Source: Ruditapes philippinarum (taxonomy: Eukaryota). Taken from it: a DNA stretch of 64,000 nucleotides. Under the pieces are notes generated by a model. That model saw only the letters and a list, made by a program, of their open reading frames with translations, made no database searches and was not told the origin of the DNA. Location: contig NW_026867154.1 in the NCBI RefSeq assembly GCF_026571515.1, forward strand, positions 310,001 through 374,000, given 5' to 3'. The position numbers were made by a program, and so were the translations under genes. Positions 1 to 16,820 of this stretch are shown piece by piece; position 1 is the stretch's first letter; each line of letters opens with the position of its first letter.

Positions 1-1953
<1,953 letters not shown>

Positions 1954-4900
1954 AGTGGATTTAAAATCTCTTTACAAAACTAGCTTATTTCCACTCCCCC
2001 GTTTATCTTTCCTTTTTAAAAGAATTTTTTGAAACCTTTATCCCAAAATTCAGGGTTAAATTAAAATGTTTTTACTTGAAAGTATTTGCCGCCTGCGACA
2101 AAAATAAAGGGATGGTTTTGCGTGACCATTTTCCAAAAAGGAATAGAACATATTGGGCTGAAAAAACAATACTGCAATTTTTCACCTAAAGCACATTAAT
2201 GATTTAAAAAATTTTTCAGTTTTAAATAAAGGGAAAAAATATTTATAACAACACATTTGGGTGTGTTTTAAAGGTTAAGAAAAATAAATTTGGAATGTTA
2301 AAAAGTTTGGTTTTAAGGGCGGGAGTATAATAAGAAAAATGGTTTTTTATTTTGTTTAAAGGGTTTAGAATTTTTTGGGAAAGAACAAACCCTTGATTTT
2401 TTTTATTTATAATTTGGGTTTCAAATGAATTTTCTTGTTTTAAATATATTTTTAATAAACCCATAATTTATGCTTATAGGGAAAAAAAACCCTCAAAATT
2501 ATTAAAAAACTTTAGGGATATAAATGAATTTTCAAAAATTTCCCAAGGAACCTTTTTTTAAATTAGGAATTTTAAAACTGAGCAACTATTTTTTAATGTA
2601 AGAAGGGCCCGTCAATAAACCCCAAAAAGGCCCCCATTTTTCCCCTTTATTAAAAAATTTTTTTGGAATATTTGGTCCAAAACCAAAAATTTTTCTTTCA
2701 AAATTCTATAAATTTTAAATTTAAACCCATTTTTTTTAATAACCCAAAAAAAAAAGCTCAAAAAACGAGGTTGTAATTTTAAACTGGGGGGTTCCTTAAA
2801 TTTTCCCCTTGTTGTCGCAACTTTTTTTTTCCATTTTAAATTCTCCCTTTTTTTGGTTTTTTAATAATTCAAACCCCAAAGCCTTTCATAAAATTTCCCA
2901 AAAATTTGGGGTTTTTTTTCAAAAACAGGGAAAAATTTTCATTCTTTTAATTTGTCCAAAAAAGTCAACCCCCAAATGGTTTTAAAAATTTTTATTTTTT
3001 GGGGCCCCAAGTTTTACCCCATTTTTGGGTTTTTAATTTTCACCCTTTAAAAAAAAAAACCCGTCCAAAAAAACCCTTAAAAATTTTTGGCCTTTTTTTT
3101 GGGGCCCTTTAAGGTCTTTGGAAAGGCAATATCCCCGCCCTGGGGGAACCAAAAATTTTGGGGGAAATTGGGAAATTTGGGAAAAAATCCCTTGCAAAAT
3201 TTTTATTTTGATTAAAATTAGTTTTTTTAAAAAACGTAATCCCAATTTTAAAAATTTAAGAAAATGCCAAAGGTTAAAAAAATGTATTTTTTAAAATAAA
3301 TCCAAAAATGGGAATCATTTTTTCCTTAACTTTAAATTTTAAAAAAATTGGAAAATCTTAAAAAGCTCCCCTTCAATGTTAAAGGGTTTAAGGGAATTTA
3401 ATTTTTTAATAAAACACATTATAACCTGGGGAAATTTAAAAACATGAAAAAATTAATTATTCCCAATTTTTTTTTTAGAAATTTAATGGAAATTCCCTTT
3501 TTTCCCAAAGTTTTTATTGATGCAAATTTGGGAAAACTTTTTTAATTTAAAATTTTTCTCTTAACCCAAAAAATAAAATCCCCACTTTTTTGCCCCCTTG
3601 GTTTTTATTTTCAAGATTCATTGTCGAAACAACCTTTTCCCCCAAAATTTGTTACTTTGTGGTTTTAAACTAAAGTTTTAAATAATTTAAATACAAATAA
3701 ATTAAATCTTATACTTCGCTTTTGGCCATTTTCCGTTCGGTAATCTTTTCCTATTATGGTAAAACCCCAATTTTTTGGGGGTCTTTTTGACAAAAAAATT
3801 TTTTTTCTCAATTTTTTCTTTAAGTTTCTTTTGGGGGTTTTTTTAGGAAATTTAAAAGTTCCCTTTTTTTCCCCTACCAAAAAATTTGAAAAAAATAAAA
3901 ATTAAATTTCCCCGTATTTAAACCAAATTTTTCTTTTTTCCTGGGCAACCCATTTTTTTAAGCCAACCAAATTAAGCGGGTTTTAAACCTTTCAATTTTT
4001 AAAAAAAAAAATTAAGACAATTTTTTTTTTTTTTAAAACTTGAAAAAAAGGACCCCAAAAATGCAAATAAGAAAATAAAAAATGCACAAATTTTTTCTTT
4101 CGGGTTTTCAAATTCCTTAAAATTTTGTTTTTTAACCCAAAAAAATTTTAAAAAACAAGTTTTAATTCTTACAAAAAATTTTTTTTACCCCAAACCTTAA
4201 AAGCATAAGAATTTATAACACAGTTAAAATAAAAAAAAAAAAATATTACCTTTTTTTGGGTTAAAAAATTTTTTACAAAAAAATGCAAAAAATTTCTTTT
4301 TTTCTTTGGGGGACAAAATTTTTTTAAAGATAAATATTTTCTTCACTCTGGGTGAAAAAAATTTTTTTCTGGAAGACCCCCAAAAAAAGACAAAACCAAT
4401 GGGACCTTTCTTTCCAAAAGGCCCAAAAAACCCTATTTTAAAAAGATTTTTTTAAACATTAAAAAATTTTTTTGGGGGAAAAAAATTTTGCGGGAATAAA
4501 AAAATGATTTTGGGCTTTATTTTAAAAACCCGTTTTTTTACTTTAAGTCCCAAAATTTTCAAGAAAATTCTGGGAAAAAAGGAAAAGAAAACAATTTCCG
4601 TTTTGTTTTCAATTTTAAATTTGCAAAAACCCATAAAAAAAATTTCTTTTTTTTTGTTTCCCCCTGGCAATTTTAAAAAAAGAAAAAAAGAGATTTAAAA
4701 ATTTTGTCCCCCCCTTTAAAAGGGTTTAAAAAAGAAATTTAAAAACCCCAGCAAAAAGGCAAACAAAAAGGGAAACCCCAGTTCAGGGACCAAAGGAAAG
4801 AAAATCTAAAAATTAATGCACCCAAGAGGACATGGACCTTAATAACCCTTAAAATTTTTCCCTTGGGTAAAACAATTTTTTGGGAATATTAAATTTTCGA

Positions 4901-4985
4901 AAAAAATTTTTAAAAAGAAACCAACATTTAGTGTGAAACAGTAACAGTCTTTTTGATTGTTAAGATATCCGAATACAGTTTTAAT

Positions 4986-5209
4986 GGCGACATAGCCGAG
5001 TGGTTAACGCGTCGGACTTAGTAATCTGATGATCGCTAGCCGCATGGGTAGCTCAAACCCAATCAGATGCTAGTCGTTGTTTCCTTGAGCAAGACACTTT
5101 ACACTCATTGCTCAGTACTGATTGGTTCCAGGAACGGATTCAAAAGTGTGTCTATAAGCTTATAGCTTCCTATACAATCGAACTAAAAATAAATTCTGTA
5201 TAAACCAAA
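4986..5209 (+). mobile_element. tRNA-derived SINE (CORE-like centre)
   Basis: tRNA-like head GGCGACATAGCCGAGTGGTTAACGCGTCGGACT, central CCTTGAGCAAGACACTT resembling a CORE domain, and a 3' module CAGTACTGATTGGTTCCAGGAA shared with the SINE at 26522. Confidence 0.8.
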
Positions 5210-5795
5210 TGCATTTTTTACTAAGCAACCATTCTAGCACAGACATTAGCGGGTTTCAAGCGTACAATTAAAAAAATAAATGAGAAGACAATCATGTCAA
5301 TACTGAAATGACAGACACATACTGTCACATAGAAGATAATCACTGTAACACTGTTATTGCTTACACTTACAGTCTTCTTAATTTAGTTATTTAACTGAAA
5401 AGACATTTATTCACAAAGTTTTACTCTTCACAAAATATTTTTATTACAATGCTTATGTCGATATATAAGTTATAACACAGGTATAAAATAAATAAAAAAA
5501 CAATACTATACAAATTTTGTGGTATAATAAGTTATTGTGACAAAACAATGTCAAACAATATCTAAATTGTTGTTCGTTGGATCAGTGTCTTTATGATTGA
5601 GATAACTATTTTCTGCATAGCATCTGCTGTAAATTCTGTTTCTGTTGTAGAACCCAAAAAGACAAAACATCGACACTGCTTTCAAAAAGCAAAAAATACA
5701 TATGGAGGGAAAGATAAGCATATAAAAAGATTAGTAGGCAAACGGCAGTCCTGCGGAATGACGAATGATGACGGTGTCATTTGATAACAGTTTGT

Positions 5796-8676
<2,881 letters not shown>

Positions 8677-9867
8677 TTTTAAAATCACTAATTCTTTAAA
8701 ACAAGCGTGTCAGTAATCCGCGTTTTCTCTTCTGCCTTTAATGGTTGTGTGATTTTATACTCATACAGTAAGTGTATATGTCGCAAATTGACAAAAACTG
8801 GCATGCGTATCAAAACAACACATGTACAAGGTGTGTCGGGACGCTGTGTTTTTATGTACAAAACTAGAAATTTGTACGCCAATATAAAGCACTTTAAAAC
8901 TATAAAACGTTAAAAGAAAAAAGATAGTGAAATAATTGATAACATTCAAACTGGATCATAATGTAAAATTATGCATCATTGTTTAATTGTAGATAATAAA
9001 ATAATTTTACGCAGTGATTATGTTGACATTTGAACAACAAGCATGCAGGGAAAATATCACATCAAACTTTTCACATTATACCATATTTATTCATCTAGTA
9101 CAGGCGGTATATATGTCTTTATAATCACAAATATATCATGAAATGTGCATTTCTTGGCAATGAAATATATTGATTGTAAAAACATGTCTGCAGTAACATA
9201 AAATGTAATCATAATATGAAAACGTGGAAGTTGATGTCGTTATTATGCTTTCCAACTAATTGATGACAAAATTGCTCAATTCGACACTAGTACTAGAATA
9301 ATTAAGAATATTGTTAATAGTTATATAGTATCATTTATTTCCAGTATTGGGTTTCGATTGAACCTGCCTGACAAAAAAACGAAATGTCCTTGAGAGTTTT
9401 TCTCACGAATGAAGATCGATTACCCATATTTCAAAGCTTGTAAAATATCATATTGTTGTTAGGAAGTATTATTTTTATGTAAAATGTTGAAACTATTACT
9501 GTGCAAATTCCCGGAACAAATTACATTAAATATGTTCCTGGTATGATTTCAATGCATATAGTTCTCTATTCAAAACAGTCAAAATTAGATGATTCCTCTA
9601 GTTACAGAGATAATAATTTAATGAGAATTTCATACACTCTGTAAGTCATTATTATGATGTGGGAGAAATTCTAGAATGTTCTGGTAATACACCTATAATA
9701 CTTGGTCATTATGAGCCGACATGAGCTATATGTCATATTGATAAATGACAATACCTATATACTTATATACTTATATTGAAATCTATTATTTCTTAATTTT
9801 GTATATGTTTCATTTGATTCTTACAAATTAATATTATCTAAATTTTTGTCGCATTATTTACAAAATG

Positions 9868-10688
9868 CTCTACTGGCATGCGAGCAGTTCCCGTACAAAA
9901 ATCGTAGTGAGTTAAACATTATTTTTTATTACGCTCACTCACCACAATTTGAATGTTACACATCAATATTCAGCTCGTCACACAAATAATGGAAATTCCA
10001 TGATGTTCTAAACATAGAACAACCCTTAGTTATGAGGCCTCATATGGGGTACCGAAATTATCCATTTTTTGTTTGAAGAGAAGTAGTTCCCGTACATAAA
10101 ATTTAACCCATTATAATTATACAAGTTTGTTATATCGGACCTATTTTTCATTTATAATTATTGAACAGAGCATTTTCTAAGAGATAACTAGATGTAATTC
10201 AGGAAATAGAGCGTAGACTAAACGCTGGTATCTATTACCCGGTACCGTTACCCCAACGCATTCACATGCAATGGCATGCTTGTATGCATGATATTTTACG
10301 CATCAAAGCCATAAAATTATTTAAATATTGTAATATTGGCCAAAATTCTGATAATTAAACAAGTTTTCATCACATTGCCTACTTATCTGTAAACAGGTGG
10401 TATCAGTGGAAAACCCTTTAACAGGCCTCACGTGTCAGTATTTTAGCGCATGCACGCAAGGACGGAATCCCCCAGAGAAAACAAGGTCACTTTTTGACAA
10501 CGCACAGGTGAAAGTGATTTAAAATGAGACTTTTTATACGTACTGCCGAACTGACACTTAGATTTTGTCTCGTTTATGCATCTGCTTGATTTGAAATGAA
10601 TTTTTGAAGAATGCAAGTAAAAATTAAGCGTTTAAATGAAAAATACGGGTACTGCTTCTGTACGGGAACTGCTCGCATACCAGTAGAG
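9868..10688. mobile_element. MITE / non-autonomous DNA transposon, ~820 bp
   Basis: About 30 bp terminal inverted repeats CTCTACTGGCATGCGAGCAGTTCCCGTACA / TGTACGGGAACTGCTCGCATACCAGTAGAG with 1 mismatch. No clear TSD. Confidence 0.8.
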
Positions 10689-10759
10689 GTACATAAATGT
10701 TAAGAGCAATGTCACCTTTAATGCACGTAGGCATGCTTTTTTGTAAATTTGTTTCCTAA

Positions 10760-11612
10760 TTCATCTTCGAAATTCAGATTCTATCGCCATTTGAATCACA
10801 TCCTTGATTATTTCAACAATTTCTTCTAAGTTTTTCTCAGTTTCCCTCTGAGATTGTTATACAAAGTGCATGATTAGATCTAAACATAACTATTTAATTG
10901 ATTGCCATCTTCATCGAGCACGTGGTTTCCTTTACAAATCACTTCTTTCAATGTTATGATTTGCGTCATAATCATGAGAACTTCTAGGAAATTCATCGTA
11001 AAATTTCCTGGCAAAGAAATAAAATATTAATATTCTCAACTTTCCAGAAAAATAAAACAACTAGGAAATTATACTCTGCCAAGGTAACTAGTACAGACTT
11101 TCGGGTCACTTAAATCATATAGACACGCATACAAATATTTCATTTCCAATTTTAACACAACTTATTTTTGAGTGCATATCTTTTATAAAATAAGACACAA
11201 GACGATACTTACTTTTAGAAATCAAAGTTTGCAAATTTTATAATTTTGTAACTAAGGCTGTATGTTCGTACAGACAAATTTGAAGAACTTTTGAGGAAAG
11301 TGAATCTTTATCTTCCGAGAGTTATTTTCAACAGTGACAAGAAATGTGCAACATCTTTAACGTCCAAAGAAGTATTCATTTTTAAATCTTATTTAAGTTA
11401 GACATACCATATAGATTTAATTGAATTCAAACTTGTGGCAAGACGCGCAATTTTAAACCACAAATATTATTTTTACTTGCATACAAAATATTTGAACTTG
11501 TACACTTAAGATTTTTACTTGTACACTTATTTTCACATCGACATCTACTTTATTGATCATGTCTTGTACCTCGGATATTGTGGGATTCTGCCCGAAAACA
11601 TCTTTAATGCTA
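10760..11612 (-). pseudogene. Decayed calmodulin pseudogene (exon 3 remnant ~11536-11612, exon 4 remnant ~10760-11007)
   Basis: Exon 3 remnant translates as FGQNPTISEVQDMINKVDVD. Exon 4 remnant begins at a cag acceptor as GNFTMNFLEVLMIM...VLDEDGN, with later EKL/EEIVEIIK-like traces and frameshifts. No exon 1 or 2 recognised. Confidence 0.8.
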
Positions 11613-13654
11613 TGTTGATTGTTCAACCACTTTTCTTGTGAAGAATTCAATTCAACAATTCAAACCTTACAATGAACTAATCGTACCAAACCAAAGGGAT
11701 AGTTAAAGTTGATTTCTGATTAGATCTATTTAAAATGAAAGCATTTGGCATATCATGACCATTTTAACGATAAAATGTGTACGATTTGTAGGTTTTGATA
11801 ATTCAAGAGACATTCAGATTTTACTATATTATTATTTATATTATTATATATATTACTTCAATGTTTACAAGCTTAAACTATTATTTCGATCAATAAATGC
11901 TTTTTGTAACAAATAACATTACTTTATTCAATGTAAATCTTATGCTATACTGTGCTCCTCTTAGTTCACGGTACGTAAGGAAGAAAACAACAAATGAAAC
12001 TTATGGTACAAAAATTGTCGTAAGCTATAAGTATTTTCTACTGTATGGCACAAGGAAACAACAATATATTCAGTCAAAGTCAATTTTAATGGACCATACC
12101 TAGACCATATGTCAGCCATTTTGATAAAGGTATGCAATCATTTAAATCGCGGTAATGTTGTTACATTTCAGTTTTTTTCATGTTTCAGTTAAAATTTCTG
12201 CACATTATTTTGCTTGATTTTAAATATTAAAATTATTCTGACTTTGTAACTCAAAATTTATTTTTCCAACAAACAAGAACATTTAGAAAATGATGATTGT
12301 ATCAGACATACGCACAAATTTAATGGACTATTATTGCTTTTTGCAGAAATTTGTAAAATTTTGTTCTGTTTTACGTAAAAATCTAAAGATTTAAAATATT
12401 TTTGCACAAGAACTTTGTTGTACAGGTGTATGAATAAAATATGTAAATTCTGACCAATTTTAACACTGGTCACATGAAAATATGCCATTACCGTGAAATA
12501 AGTGATGACGCAGAATTAGTGATGTTGAGTATACGTCAAATTTATATTTATCATTTTGAAATTGGCGGGCGTCTTGAATGAGATATTTTTTGGCCCACTG
12601 AACTTTTGATATATATTCCTGATAGTATTACTATGTATACTCATTTGACACCAGAAACCTTATTCTCCGCCTACTTCATGACTTGACATTTTAAATGACG
12701 TCATGCTTCGATGAAATAATAGCAAGTATACCACCTTGCGTATTACATAATTAAGATACACTCCTCTGTTAATGAGGGGTTGCCTATGAAACAAACAAAT
12801 CCTTTTTGTATATTACAATTGTATTTCTTTTCTTTCATCTCGAATTTTAAGACGCATACTGATATGACAGATCTATTAATATCTTAGATAGGATGATACA
12901 TATGACATCACTTCCAATATACTACAGACCAGATAATCGTGTACACTTAACAAGCTAGATATCTTAAATGGAGTTGTCAATATTTCAGTCTAAACAAAAC
13001 CCTTCATCATTTTCACGGAAATACTCAAAACATGTTCTAACTTAATAGCGAACAGTTCAGACAGATCATGATCAGACTAAACTGACTGATCTTGGTCTTC
13101 ATGGTTATATAGTTAGACCCTGTTCCCGCCAGCAGGCTCATAGGTGAATGTGCTAACTGTTCTCTTTGTTCTCGATTTCCTGAATAGACATAAATTGTCA
13201 TGGCTCTTTTAAAGGATAGTCAAGGGCAGTCTTTTTAAAAATTTCTTTGAGATAAATAAAGAAAGATTTTCCTCTTTTAAAGTCTCAAACATAGATTTCA
13301 TAAACTCATATAAATATGGACTTATTGATATTTTGATAATGTTCGTCTGATTCCTTTCAACTAAATCAAATGCTAATAAGTAAACAAATTATTATTTAGT
13401 GTCATGAACGTTTTCTTTATCAAATGTCGATAAAAGACAAAATTGCCTATACCGAAATTTTCTCGTACTCAAAATATTCAAACGCCTTTTGTCGATTTAT
13501 AAACTCGTATTATCAATCAAATATAAATCTTTTGACCGTAAATAAGATGTATTTTCATTTCGCAAAAATGAGGTACACATGTAGTTTAATTTCACAATAT
13601 GGATATGTTCGGTCCGCTTTTGTTATGCGACACCTATATGAAATATAACATTAA

Positions 13655-13666
13655 TGTCGCATTGCG
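13655..13666 (+). promoter_or_regulatory. Conserved CaM promoter-proximal motif TGTCGCAWTGCG
   Basis: The same motif occurs on the sense strand about 100-150 nt upstream of the ATG in CaM3, CaM6 (31874-31885), CaM7 (37142-37153) and CaM8 (49267-49278), and partially in CaM1 (2094-2100). Confidence 0.6.
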
Positions 13667-13761
13667 GCATAAAATTCAATAGTTTGCGTTCGTTTCAGAA
13701 ATGAATATAACAGTTAACGTTGGACTAAAGGCTTTGCTAGATTTTCACATATTCGTTTAAA

Positions 13762-15245
13762 ATGGTAAGTTTAATTTCTTCAGATAATCAATGCAAGTTA
13801 TAAAGATGATAGATGTTTTGTTTAAGAAACTCATTCGGGCATTTGTAATATTTCATACTTCTATATGCATTAAATTTGTAAATATAAATAGCAGTTTTCT
13901 TAAACTGATGAACAATTTAATTGGCTATTTTTTTCTTAGCTTTATGTCAGAGTAATAAGATACAGCGTAACAAAACGCTCTAATGAAATGTCTTATTCCT
14001 AACTGTTTCAGGCTAATCAATTAACAGAGGAGCAAACTGCAGGTATGTACCATTTTGATTGCGTCCTGGAAGTTCTAAAATGAGTATAACGTTATAAATA
14101 TTTACTCTTAAAGCTTTCAGTGTAAAATTATTTTTGATTGTAATAGAATTCAAGGAGGCTTTTGGTCTGTTTGACAAGGATGGTGATGGCACAATCACAA
14201 CCAACGAATTAGGAACAGTAATGAAGTCTTTGGGACAGAACCCTACTGAAGCAGAGTTACGAGATATGATCAATGAGGTGGATGTTGACGGTAGACTTTT
14301 ACTTCTTTTGATGATAAATATTATAGTTGTTGTAAATCTATATAATAGTTTGAATATTTTGTTCTCATTAATCCATTCACAATTTTTGTTTTCTTATGAT
14401 TGATTGATGGGCGCACTAGTTTTCTAATGGTTTATGCAAAAAAATATGATGAACAAGATAAACAAGGAAAGGCGGCGTTCAATAAACGCAACCCCCACAC
14501 GACCCATTAACAAATTTTATCAAACACATACATTATATACATTCAACCAGACAGTCCCCTGGTGTAGTATAAAAAGAAATTGACTTACATTAGAGATATG
14601 CTTCAATGAATTTTCATAAATACATAATAGTCTAACAATTAACTGGTTGCCGTTCCACTGTACATGTATTTGTGTGGGTGGGAATGCGTTATGTTAATGT
14701 TGATTCTCACTATCATTATGATGTTTTTATAGGAAATGGTACTATAGATTTCCAAGAATTTCTTACTATGATGGCACATAGCCAGACTGATGATGCTGAC
14801 GGAGATTTACGTGAAGCTTTCAGCGTTTTTGATAAAGATAACAGCGGAACAATTAGTGCAGCTGAATTAAGACATGTTATGACAAACCTTGGTGAAAAAC
14901 TTACAGATGAAGAAGTTGATGAAATGATAAGGGAGGCTGATATTGATGGCGATGGTCAAGTCAATTTTGAAGGTAAAAAGAACAAATGCATAACGATTCA
15001 ACAAAGTTGTTGCGAAAATAAAAATCTGGTTTAATGAAGGTTCGATTAATATGGACTATTCTTAGAATTTTGTCGAAATAAATTTCCAATTTATACATTT
15101 ATACCAAATCTGGTATATGTTAGTTTGATACCTAGTTTCAGTTTTGATTCAGGGATGAGTTTTAGTTTGAACATTTCTAAAAGAACAGCGCAAAAATCTG
15201 CTTTGTTTTATTTCAGAGTTTGCCATGATGATGAAAGGGAAATAA
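13762..15245 (+). CDS. Calmodulin-like paralogue CaM3, 148 aa. Exons 13762-13764, 14012-14042, 14147-14290, 14733-14972, 15217-15245
   Basis: GT-AG introns. Protein: [148 protein letters not shown]. Confidence 0.95.
14444..14506 (+). repeat. Short interspersed repeat (also 16140-16231 on minus and 55537-55620 on plus)
   Basis: ATATGATRAACAAGATMAACAARGAAAGGCGGCGTTCAATRAAC is present three times. Confidence 0.75.
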
Positions 15246-15768
15246 GCACTTTTTTGACGAGGAAAAATCAACAAGATAAAATAATATGATAAAAGAATGT
15301 TGAGAGATAAGGACTTTTTCATATAAAGTTTTTCTAGCGACACTTCCGAAGTGAATATCATACATTTTGAAGATATTTAAATCCCTTTAGTATCTTATTA
15401 TTAGAACTTGTTACTTAAAAGAATCACATTATGACAATAGTCTAAATATATTGCATATATCAAGAACTTTGCTTCTTTTGCAAACAAGGTTAAATAACGC
15501 TATGTCAAAATTACATTTATGTAGTAAGTAGAAAATACGAAATTGAAACATTTAGCTGAAATAAAATGTTTCAAAATGGTTTATGTTAACGTCACTCTTC
15601 CTTGATCTTTGTGTTCATATTTTCATGTGCACTGAACTTGTTCTTTGTAAACTCATTCCTAGGAGTGATGAATACATTTGCGATTATATAGCAGTAATGA
15701 TTTTAGAAAAAAAAAACAAACGTTTCTAGTAACCTTAGATGTTTAAATCTGGGCAATTCGGGACAAAG

Positions 15769-15935
15769 TGGTAAAGGTTGTTTGTGTTCACCCCTGTTGT
15801 TTCAAAACATGTTTATGATATTGTGACTCTGGAGATCTTTCATAAGGAAAAGCTATATCCATTTCACTTATGGAAGTAATCGACACCTGACGTTTTCCTC
15901 CACCACTACAGCTGTGATACTATAACACAAACACA
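15769..15935 (+). mobile_element. Degraded SINE related to the 50.6 kb element
   Basis: CTTTCATAAGGAAAAGCTATATCC...TTATGGAAG...CACCTGACGTTTTCCTCCACCACTACAGCTG resembles the reverse complement of the 50578-50831 SINE. Confidence 0.5.
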
Positions 15936-16314
15936 GATGTTTCAAGTTAACTAATTTTTTAGTCAATTTCGAAAGGAATGTCAAAATTATTATATATGTT
16001 CATGTAAACAGAATATTATAACAACAAAGAATAATTGCGTCTTTTTATTGAGCAACATTAGACAAACGATAATACGATTAACAATAAAATAAAAATAAAC
16101 TTCATATTTATTAAACATGTTTATTTTCTTGAACAGACTCGTCCTCGTGTGCTCCTTGTGCTGGGTTCTGTGGGGTTTAGTTCACAAGTTCATTGAACGC
16201 CGCCTTTCCTTGTTGATCTTGTTTATCATATTTCAATAAATCGGAGTCTATCATTTTCAACTTTCGTTTCTTATATAATTGCTCGCGAGGGATCTTCTCT
16301 TTCCAGAATAAGAT

Positions 16315-16535
16315 GAGCCGCGTCACGACAAAACCAAAATAGTGCCTTAGCGACCAGCATGGATCCAGACCAGCAGTCTGATCAGGATACATGCTGTTCG
16401 CTTACTAACTCTATTACAAGTGGAGAAACTGAAAGTGAACAGCAAGGATCCTGATCAGACTGCGCGGATGCGCAGGTTGGTCTGGATCCATGCTGGTCGC
16501 AAACGCACTATGTTGGTTCTGTCGTGACGCGTCTC
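16315..16535. mobile_element. Palindromic MITE with GAG..CTC ends and 4-bp TSD (Sola2-like)
   Basis: Long TIRs GAGCCGCGTCACGACAAAACC / GGTTCTGTCGTGACGCGTCTC. TSD AGAT at 16311-16314 and 16536-16539. Second copy at 27733. Confidence 0.85.
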
Positions 16536-16820
16536 AGATATTTTTAACAGCTGTGTTGCAGCTGTAGAATATTAGTACGTGCTTCAGCTTAATTTTCCTG
16601 GTTTGTCTTTTAATACTTTTTTGTGCTGAATACTGCCAAGGCCGCCTAATGGGTGTGATGATAAGACACGGGAAAATTGAGTCTGCAATGAGTTCAGCTA
16701 TTTTTTCTTTTTGTTTATATTAATCACCTTTCCAGAATTTAAATAATGAATAATTAATAGTGTTAAGAAGAAAAACAAAACTACTTTTAAGCGTTAACGG
16801 AGACACAAACAATCGGTCCT

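Noticed and set aside
2243-4698. Lys/Phe-rich ORFs in the ORF track
   Set aside because: They are translations of homopolymer-garbled sequence with no protein-like features.
12100-12119. Minus-strand ATGGCTGAC (MAD) as a possible start of the pseudogene
   Set aside because: It lacks the intron after the ATG and similarity stops after three codons, so it is likely chance.
16533-16682. Alternative longer last exon for CaM-L4 from an acceptor at ~16683
   Set aside because: It has no EF-hand helix similarity. The 29-nt exon at 16821-16849 fits the conserved length and pattern.
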